This document shows, piece by piece, positions 1-8,100 of a stretch of DNA of 64,000 nt. Below the pieces are notes generated by a model, which worked only from the letters and a program-made list of their open reading frames with translations, did not search any database and had not been told where the DNA came from. The stretch is taken from positions 378,730 to 442,729 of the forward strand of contig JACKDU010000002.1 of the NCBI GenBank assembly GCA_020633335.1. Reading direction: 5' to 3'. The number at the start of each line of letters is the position of its first letter. Positions within the stretch are counted from its first letter, which is position 1. This DNA is from Myxococcales bacterium. GTDB taxonomy: Bacteria > Myxococcota_A > Polyangia > Nannocystales > Nannocystaceae. A program made the translations under genes and the position numbers.

Positions 1-3000
1 GCGGTTCAGATCGAGGTTCCACGGCCCCTCGGCGCTCCGCCAGAAGAAGCGCCCGCGGGTCACCGCGCCTGGCAGGCGGTGCTCGGCGATCGCCCAGAAC
101 GCGCCGGTGGCGTCGGTGGCGATCCGCACGACCCGGTGCTCGGCGATCCCCTCGACCGGCGCCCAGGCGTTCGGCCCGGGCTCGTAGCGGAAGATCACGC
201 CCTCGCCGTCGACCGCCGCGACCTGATCGCGCGACGCCGCGTCGAGGTGCTCAAAGCGCTGCGCCGCCCAGCTCGTCCAGGTCCCGTCGGCCTCGCGGCG
301 GTAGGGGATCCGGTCGGCGAGGATCCACGGGGTCCCATCGCCGCCGACCGAGACGTGGGTCGGCGCCGCCGGGGTCCCGATCACCGACCAGGTCCCGGAG
401 CCATCGCTCGCCCGCCGCAGGAGCTCGCCTCCCGAGTTGATCGCCCAGACGTCGAGCGCCGAGCCGACGGCGATGACGGCGATCTCGGTGTTGACGTCCG
501 AGGCCTCGATCATCGGCAGCCGCGCCGCCGGATCCTTGAAGAAGTGGAGGAGCGCCGAGACCATCCGCACCGCCTCGGTGATCCCGAGCTGCGGCATCGG
601 GAAGTGCGCGCCCGCGCCGATGTAGATCCCCTCGACCCCCTGCACCCGGAAGGCGAGCTTCTCGTAGAAGAGCGGGATCGGGATCGGGATCTTGGTCGCG
701 GTGACCACGAACATCATCAGATCCTCGATCACCAGCTGGCGGAGCATCGCGCTCCCCTGCGGGATCCACTGGTTCGGCGGGATCACCATGCCGGCGGCGA
801 TCGTGAAGGGATCGAAGACGTCGATCGTCGCCGTCGTCTGGAGCGAGACCAGGTTCCCGCCGAGGAGCATGCCGACCGAGAGGCGGCTCATCGACACGCC
901 GATCAGGAGCGGGAACATCGGCGTCATGTTCCAGTAGGGCAGGAAGAGGCGCAGCGGCCGATCCTCGTCGCCCCAGATGTTGATCGAGAAGTTGGTCTCG
1001 CCGCGGTAGACGACGTCGAACGAGAGGGTTCGCGGGACCTCGATGCTGAGGTAGTCCTTGAACGCGTCCGGGAGCCGCTCCGTGAATTCGGCGACCGCCT
1101 CCAGGGGCGGCTCCAGGAGCGCGAGGAGCCCCTCGGGGAGCGCGAGGCCGACCCCCGAGGCGAAGGAGGCGCAGTACTCGACGACCTTGCGGGCGGCGAG
1201 CTTCCCCTCCTCGTCGTAGAGCCGGACGTCCATCGCCGGGATCTTGGTCGGCAGTCGCGCGGCGACGTCGCCGAGCCCGAGGAGCCCAAGGAGGGCCTTG
1301 GCGTGGACGAGCGGGATCGCGAAGTCTCGGGTGACCCGCATCCCGCCGGTCGCCGCCAGGCCGCCGTCCTTGCTGGTGAAGGTCGGGATGTCGACTTCGA
1401 AGGCCCCGAACTCGCCGAGGTCGACGTACCAGACCCCGTCCTGGATCACCAGGAAGGTCACCGGCGAGTTCTTGAGGCGGAGGATGAACTTCGCCTTGTT
1501 GTCGGCGCCGGTGCCGACGCCGATCTCGAAGTCGATCGTCGAGGTCAGCGGCTGCTGCGGGTTGAAGGTCCGGAAGATGTTGGCCCGCGGCTGGTCGTTC
1601 TCGTCGACCCCAAAGATCCGGTTGACGCCCGCGGGGAGGCCGAGCGAGACGGTGAGCGTCCCCTCGGGCTTCTTCTTGAGGATCTTCGCGCTCAGCTCGC
1701 GGAGGTGGAGGCGCGTGGTCCCGAGCTTGCTCGTCTCGATCACCACGCCGGCGCCGAGGTCGAGGTTCGGGAGGGCGATGTCGAGGGGCTCGAGGATGTT
1801 CGTCGCCTTGAGGATGAGCCCCTCCTTGGTCCCCTTGAGCTCGCCCGTGACCTTGCGCGGGAAGCAGGCGTAGCGGTGGACCCACTCCGGGAGGCCGAGG
1901 AGCGCGAGCGACACCTTCGCCTCGATCTCGTAGGTCTTCTTGTCGCCGTCGATCTTCTGGGTGAGCGCGATGCGCGGCGCCGAGATCCGGATCTTGAGCC
2001 CGGATCCGACCTCGATCGGGATCTCGAAGTAGGACGCCTGATCCATCGTCAGCGCGAGGAAGCGGCGCTTCTCCTCGTCGGCGATCTCGAGGGTCATGTT
2101 GACGTCGACGATGTCGAGGAAGCGGACGCCGCTGCTCACGCTGAGCGACACCTCGAGGCGATCGTCGTCGTCGTCCGCGTCGACCGGCTTGGCCAGGGTG
2201 AGGATCACCTGGGTCGCCTTGATCGCCGCGACCTCGAAGATGTCGAGGAGGGTGCGGCCCGAGTCACCGAGCTGGCCAAAGAGCGTGAGCTTGCGCTTGC
2301 CGTCCTTGACCTCGTAGCCGGCCGAGAGCGCGAGCGAGACCCCGAGGATCGAGGTGCTGAGGCCGCCGCCGACCGCCCAGCTCCTCTCGATCGTCTTCTT
2401 CTTGGTCTCCTCGTCGGTCTTCTCGGTCTCCTGGTAGGCGAAGGCGAGCTCGACGCTGCCGACGCTGAGGCCGGGCACCACCTCGACCGGCCCGAGCGCC
2501 CCGAGGGTGATCGCGCACTTCTTCGGGTGATTCGGCCCGCCGCCGCGCTCGTAGACCAGGCGCGCCGTCGCCGTCAGGTCCACCCCCTCGATGCGCAGGA
2601 AGGTCACCGCGTCGCCGCTGACCTTGAGCGCGCCGTCGCTGAGGTCGAGCGACACCTCGACGTTCTTCAGGGTCACCTTGGGTACCTCCGGCGGCAGGGC
2701 GACGCCGCCCAGGAGGGCGCTGAGGATCGCCGTTATCGGCACCGAATCGACGCTCGCGCTGAAGACCGTCGATCCCTCCTCGGCGAGGAGGAGCACGCAG
2801 AGCTCGCCGAAGTAGAGGGTCGGCCCGCGCCCGTCCGTGGCCGCGCGGTAGTGGGCCATCACGTTCTCGGGAGCGAGCTGGCGGTCGAAGATCGCGACCG
2901 GCCCGATCTTCCCCTGGTAGTGGCGTGCGCCGCCGTAGCCCGCGCCGATCCGCAGGTCCTTGGTCGGCGTGAGGAGGCCGTAGCTGGTGCTCTCCTCGGT

Positions 3001-4833
3001 GATCAGGACGCCGTCGACGTAGAGGCGCTGCGAGCCCGATCGCGCGGCGACGACGACGTGGCGCCACTGATCGAGGGGGAGGGTCGAGACCACCGGGAGC
3101 TCGACCTTCTCGTCGTCGGCGCCGGTCGTGAAGATCCGGATCTTCTTCTCGTCGTCGTTGTTGCAGTGGAGGAAGAGGAAGGCCTCGTCCGCGGCGGCGA
3201 CCACCGCCTGCGTGTCCCATGAGCTCCGGCCGCTGCAGATCCAGGCCTCGACCGTGAGCTCGGTGCCGCCGCCCCACTCGCCGTCGAGGCGGACCTCGCC
3301 GGTCTTTCCGTCGAGCTCGAGGCAACGGAGGCCGACCAGGCCCTCGGCGTCGGTGACCGTGACGGCGCCGTGGAGGGCGCCCGTGCGCGCGGCGTCCGTG
3401 ACATCGCGGGCGATCCCGCCCTCGGTCGACCGCCAGTTGAAGAAGGCGACCGGCCCGTCGGCGAGGACCGCCTCGTCGTAGGTGCCCGGGGCCGCCTCTT
3501 CCCGGACCTCATCCGAGCTCCCCTCGTCGAAGCCGAGGTGGGCCCGGATCTCGGCCGGCGTCAGGGCCCGGGCGTAGATCGCCAGCGGACCGATCCGCCC
3601 GGCGAAGAAGCGGCCGTAGCCATAACCGCTGCCGACGTGAACGATCGACGAGGGCACGATCTCGTTGAAGGCGCACGCGGTCTCGGAGCGGACGACGCCG
3701 TCCTCGACGATCGTCACCGTCCCCGGACGGACGATGAGCACGATGTGCCGCCAGACGCCGATCGGCGCCGGCGAGAGCACCGGCACCAGAGAGTAGCCCG
3801 CGTCGGTGTAGATCGCGTTGCGATAGCCCGGGTCATCGCTCATCTGGAGGTGGACAAACTCGCCGCCGACCGCCGAGACGATCGCCTGGCCCTCGGGACC
3901 GCCGCGGGCGCTCCAGACCCAGACCTCGACGGTCAGCTCGCCGCCCTCGCCGGCCCAGCTCCCGTCGAGGACCACCCGGCCGCTCCCGTCGAATTCGAGG
4001 CTCTTTGTCCCCTCGATCGGCCCCGCGGCGCCGACCCGGACGCCGCCCTCGAGGGTCCCGCGGCGGCCGTGCGAGCTCTGATCAGCGATCGCCGTGCCGG
4101 CGACCTCGCCCATCGGGAAGTACGCGATCGGTTGATCGCCGAGGACCCTCGCCGCGTAGATCGTCGCGTCAACCGTCGGCAGGCCGAGGTGCCCACGGAT
4201 CGCGGCGACGCTGAGGGCCCGGTCGTAGATCGCCAGCGGACCGATCCGGCCGGCGAAGAAGCGGCCGCCCCCCCAGCCGCAGCCGATCCGGAGGAGGCTG
4301 GTCGGCCGGAGATCGGTGAAGGTCACGGCGGTCTCGGAGCGGACGACGCCGTCCTCGACGATCGTCACCATCCCCGGGCGGACGATGAAGGCGATGTGCC
4401 GCCAGACCTCGAGGGGCAGCGGCGAGAGCACCGGGACCATGTGGTCACCGTTGTCGGCGTAGAGCGCGTTGCGATAGCCGGGGTCCTCGCTCATCTGGAG
4501 GTGGACGAGCTCGGTCGTCGTCGACGAGACAATCGCCTGGCCCTCGGATCCGCCGCGGATCCCACGGACCCAGACCTCGATCGTCAGCTCGCCCCCACCG
4601 CTCGCCCAGCTCCCCTCGAGGGCCACGTGCCCGCTGCTCCCGTCGAGCTCGAGGCTCTTGCCCCCCGGAATCGGCCCCTCGGCGCCGAGGGTGACGCCGC
4701 CGACGATCGCCCCTCGGCGCGCGTTCGGGCTCGAGTCGACGATCGCCGCGCCGGCGACCTCGGTCATCTCAAAGAAGGCGATCGGCCGATCCGCGAGGAC
4801 CTTCGGCGAATACGAGGACACATCGATTTCCAT
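1..4833 (-). CDS. Giant multidomain lectin-like protein (at least 1611 aa; 3' end runs off window start). The N-terminal part has repeated concanavalin-A-like/LamG jelly-roll modules (GSWAGEGGELTVEVWV...GQAIVS...VHLQMSDDPGYRNAIY...VWRHIxxIVRPG, repeated three times). The C-terminal part has tectonin-like beta-propeller repeats (DVWAINSGGELLRR..DGSGTWSVIG; GTPWILADRIPYRREADGTWTSW)
   Basis: I translated the reverse complement by hand. The frame has high GC3, an ATG at 4833 preceded by GGGAGTGGGA about 5 nt upstream, and an in-frame TGA 7 codons upstream of that. The track lists no complete ORF in this frame, as expected for one ORF that leaves the window. The overlapping + strand ORFs 79-3222 and 3370-4860 are D/R/E/G/H-rich antisense shadows. 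Domain calls rest on motif recognition only. Confidence 0.7.
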   Translation of the reverse strand, partial: MEIDVSSYSPKVLADRPIAFFEMTEVAGAAIVDSSPNARRGAIVGGVTLGAEGPIPGGKSLELDGSSGHVALEGSWASGGGELTIEVWVRGIRGGSEGQAIVSSTTTELVHLQMSEDPGYRNALYADNGDHMVPVLSPLPLEVWRHIAFIVRPGMVTIVEDGVVRSETAVTFTDLRPTSLLRIGCGWGGGRFFAGRIGPLAIYDRALSVAAIRGHLGLPTVDATIYAARVLGDQPIAYFPMGEVAGTAIADQSSHGRRGTLEGGVRVGAAGPIEGTKSLEFDGSGRVVLDGSWAGEGGELTVEVWVWSARGGPEGQAIVSAVGGEFVHLQMSDDPGYRNAIYTDAGYSLVPVLSPAPIGVWRHIVLIVRPGTVTIVEDGVVRSETACAFNEIVPSSIVHVGSGYGYGRFFAGRIGPLAIYARALTPAEIRAHLGFDEGSSDEVREEAAPGTYDEAVLADGPVAFFNWRSTEGGIARDVTDAARTGALHGAVTVTDAEGLVGLRCLELDGKTGEVRLDGEWGGGTELTVEAWICSGRSSWDTQAVVAAADEAFLFLHCNNDDEKKIRIFTTGADDEKVELPVVSTLPLDQWRHVVVAARSGSQRLYVDGVLITEESTSYGLLTPTKDLRIGAGYGGARHYQGKIGPVAIFDRQLAPENVMAHYRAATDGRGPTLYFGELCVLLLAEEGSTVFSASVDSVPITAILSALLGGVALPPEVPKVTLKNVEVSLDLSDGALKVSGDAVTFLRIEGVDLTATARLVYERGGGPNHPKKCAITLGALGPVEVVPGLSVGSVELAFAYQETEKTDEETKKKTIERSWAVGGGLSTSILGVSLALSAGYEVKDGKRKLTLFGQLGDSGRTLLDIFEVAAIKATQVILTLAKPVDADDDDDRLEVSLSVSSGVRFLDIVDVNMTLEIADEEKRRFLALTMDQASYFEIPIEVGSGLKIRISAPRIALTQKIDGDKKTYEIEAKVSLALLGLPEWVHRYACFPRKVTGELKGTKEGLILKATNILEPLDIALPNLDLGAGVVIETSKLGTTRLHLRELSAKILKKKPEGTLTVSLGLPAGVNRIFGVDENDQPRANIFRTFNPQQPLTSTIDFEIGVGTGADNKAKFILRLKNSPVTFLVIQDGVWYVDLGEFGAFEVDIPTFTSKDGGLAATGGMRVTRDFAIPLVHAKALLGLLGLGDVAARLPTKIPAMDVRLYDEEGKLAARKVVEYCASFASGVGLALPEGLLALLEPPLEAVAEFTERLPDAFKDYLSIEVPRTLSFDVVYRGETNFSINIWGDEDRPLRLFLPYWNMTPMFPLLIGVSMSRLSVGMLLGGNLVSLQTTATIDVFDPFTIAAGMVIPPNQWIPQGSAMLRQLVIEDLMMFVVTATKIPIPIPLFYEKLAFRVQGVEGIYIGAGAHFPMPQLGITEAVRMVSALLHFFKDPAARLPMIEASDVNTEIAVIAVGSALDVWAINSGGELLRRASDGSGTWSVIGTPAAPTHVSVGGDGTPWILADRIPYRREADGTWTSWAAQRFEHLDAASRDQVAAVDGEGVIFRYEPGPNAWAPVEGIAEHRVVRIATDATGAFWAIAEHRLPGAVTRGRFFWRSAEGPWNLDLNR

Positions 4834-5086
4834 CGTCCCACTCCCAGCGACTCAGCGTGATGATCGAGCGCAGACGAGCGCCCCGATACACGCCGGCCGG
4901 GCCACGCTACCACGTCGAAATCGCGGCTCCGCGGGATCAAGAGCGCCCGCCGCACTCGCGCGAAGTCGCCTGCTCCGCACGAGAACGGCGTCTGCGGGCG
5001 TTCATGACGATCACCGAGAGCGACGTGCGTTCCCGCGACCGAGAGGACATGAACTTTAAGACATACTAAAAAGTGCAGGCACGGAG

Positions 5087-5118
5087 CGCGTCCGCGCGTC
5101 CGCGCGACCGCGCGACCC
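5087..5118. promoter_or_regulatory. Four tandem octamers CGCGTCCG CGCGTCCG CGCGACCG CGCGACCC in the divergent intergenic region, next to an unusually AT-rich patch (5050-5080)
   Basis: Seen directly; located 44-75 nt upstream of the CHAT-STAND start codon. Confidence 0.4.
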
Positions 5119-5161
5119 GCACGCTAGGTGATCCGCGTGCCGCGCGGCTACGATTGCGATC

Positions 5162-8100
5162 ATGGAGCCCCTCCACCTCCTCATCGAGCTCGTGCGCGCC
5201 GAGGACGCGGCCACGCAGCACGGCGCGAGGCCGGGTGACGAGCAGCTCTACCTGATGCGGGATCCCGACGACACCGGCCGCTACGCGGAGGGCTCCTTCC
5301 GGTGGACGCGGGCGGTCCAGGCCGACCTCGCGGCGCTCGCCGATCTCCGGGACTTCGAGGAGGCGGCGCTCCGCCTCGCCGCCCTCGTCGGGCGCTTCCT
5401 CGAGGACACGCCGTGGGCTCGCTACGCACCGCTCGTCGACGCGGCGATCGACGAGGGGCGCGGCGCGGTGATCACGATCCGCTCGGCAGCCGCCGAGCTC
5501 TACGCCCTGCCCTGGGAGTGGCTGCCCCTCGCGCAGGGCCCCGCCACCCGCGTGCCAGGGTGCGTCGTCCGCTACGACTGGCCCGACGATGAGCTCCGCG
5601 CGGATCGCCTCGTCGCTCCGGGCGAGGACGACCCCCTCGCGCGGACCGAGCCCCAGACCGCCGGGCGGATCGTCGTCGCCTGGTCCGCGAGGGCCGGCGC
5701 GGTGCCGGCGGCCGAGCACCTCCGGGCGATCAGCAGCGCCGCGAGCGAGGGTCGCCTCGACTTCGAATGGGACACCGACGTGATCGACCATGTCACCCGC
5801 GCGCGCCTCAAGGCCGCGCTGGACGCGAGTGACGACGTCGCCGTCCTCCACCTCCTCTGCCACGGCGTCCCGCTCCCGGGCGACGACGGCTTCGGGCTCG
5901 GGCTCGCCGACGACGAGGGCGGCCTCGACGTCGTCGCGCCGCGCGAGCTCGCGGAGCTCCTCCGCCCCCACGCCGCGACCCTCCGCCTGGTCGTCGTCCA
6001 GGCCTGCCAGAGCGGCAACACGGGCGGTCTCGAGTCCCACGCGGGGAGCGTCGCCCAGGCGATCCACCGCGCCGGGATCCCGGTGGTCCTCGCCTCCCGC
6101 TATCCCCTCTCCGTCGCCGGGTCGGTCCGGATCACCGAGCGCTTCTACCGCTCGCTCCTCGTCGATCTCCGCTCGACCGAGGCGGCGACCCTGGCGGCGC
6201 GCCAGGACGAGGTGGCGATCCCGGGGAGCTTCGACTGGGCGGCGCTCCAGCTCTACGCCGATCCCGAGGTCGGCCTCGAGAGCCGGCCGATCGCCTTCCG
6301 CCCCTTCCGCGGCCTCCTGCCCTTTGAGTCACGTCACGCCCGCTTCTTCTTCGGCCGCGACGATGACGTCGCGGCCCTCGTCGATCGCCTGGGCGCGCGC
6401 CTCCGCGAGGGCGGGCCCCGCCTCCTCCTGGTCGCCGGCGCGTCGGGCTCGGGCAAGTCGTCGCTGGTCCACGCCGGGCTCCTGCCGGCGCTCGCCAACT
6501 CCGCGCTCCCCGAGCTCCCGCACGACCCCGCGACCGACCTCGTCCTCTTCCGGCCGGGCGAGCGCCCCGACGATCCGCTCTCGCTCCTCCGCGAGCGCCT
6601 CGCCCGGGCCGCCGAAGCCGGCTCCGATCGCGCCGTCGTCGTCGTCATCGATCAGCTCGAGGAGCTCTTCACCGAGGTCGACGAGCCCGCGCGTACCAGC
6701 CTGACACGGGCGCTCTGGGGGCTCGCCACCGAGGGCCACGATGTCGTCGTGGCGACCGTGCGGATCGAGTTCATCGGCCGCTTCGGCGAGGTGCCGATGG
6801 ACGACGAGGGCCGCAAGTTCGACGCCGTCGCTCTCGACGAGCGCTTCCGCTACTTCGTCCGCCAGCTCGCGCCCGAGCAGGTCGACGCGATCATCCACGG
6901 CCCAGCCCGGGCGGTCGGCCTCCGCTTTGAAGACGGTCTCGTCGCCCGCCTCCGCGCCGACGTCGGCCGCGAGCCCGGGGCGCTCCCTCTCCTCAGCTAC
7001 ACCCTCGATCTCCTCTGGCAGCACCGCCGCGGCCGCTGGCTCAAGGACCAGACCTACGACGCGCTCGGCCGCCTGGTCGGGGCGCTGACGACGACCGCCG
7101 ACGACCTCTACGCGTCGCTCGGCGCTCCCGCCCGCCAGGCGCAGGCCGAGCGCCTCCTGGTCCAGCTGGTCCACATGGCCGAGGACCCGGCGATGGCGAC
7201 ACGGCGTCGCGGTCACCTCGATCGCCTGCGACCGGCCGCCGCCGCCGAGGGGGCCCACTTCGACGCGGCCGTCGACGCCCTGGTCGACGCCCGACTCCTG
7301 GTCCGCGGCTGCTCGAGCGACGAGCGCCGCGGCCTCGACCGGGCCTGGATCGAGATCGCCCACGAGGCGCTGATCCGCGGTTGGACCCGCCTCCAGACCT
7401 GGCTCCGCGAGTCCCGCGAGTGGCTCGACTACACCGATGATCTCCGGGCCTACGCCGAGGCCTGGTCGCCCCACCAGGGCGGGACGCGGGAGACCGACTA
7501 CCTCCTCACCGGCACCCGCCTCGCCTACGCGGCGGAGATGTGGTCGCGCCACGGCGCCCGCCTCGGCGCCGGCGACCAGCGCCTCCTCGGCGCCTTCGTC
7601 GAGCGCTGCACCGAGCGCGAGCGGGCCCGCCTCCGCGGCCGACGGGCGATCATCGGCGCGGTCTTCACGGCGATCTCGATCGCCGCGGTGATCGCGATCG
7701 TCCAGGCGATCGCGGCCGGGCGCGCGCGCGATGACGCTGAGGACAAGGCCCGGGTCGCGCGCGAGCAGACCGCGGTCGCCGAGGCGCAGACCGAGATCGC
7801 CGAGACCAAGACCGCGGAGGCCCTCGCCGAGGCGCGACGGGCCCGCAACGCGACCCGGCTCTCGGCCGCGCGCTCGCTCCTCACCCGCGATCCGACCGCC
7901 GCCGCCCTCATCCTCGCCGAGGTCGAGGCCGCTGAGCCGGTCCCGGGGCTCGAGGCGATCATTCGCTCCCTCACCGCCGACACGCAGGTGGCCGAGCGCG
8001 TCCTCGACTCCGGGGACGACATCTACTACCCGGAGAGCAGCGGCGACGGCCGGGTGATCGCCGTCCTCTACGGTGACGGCGTCGTCCGCCTCAGGGACGC

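Noticed and set aside
79-4860. Long + strand ORFs 79-3222 (1047 aa) and 3370-4860 (496 aa)
   Set aside because: Their translations are D/R/E/G/P/H/V-rich low-complexity sequence, which is typical of the antisense frame of a high-GC gene. The real gene is on the minus strand, with high GC3 and recognisable LamG and tectonin-like motifs.
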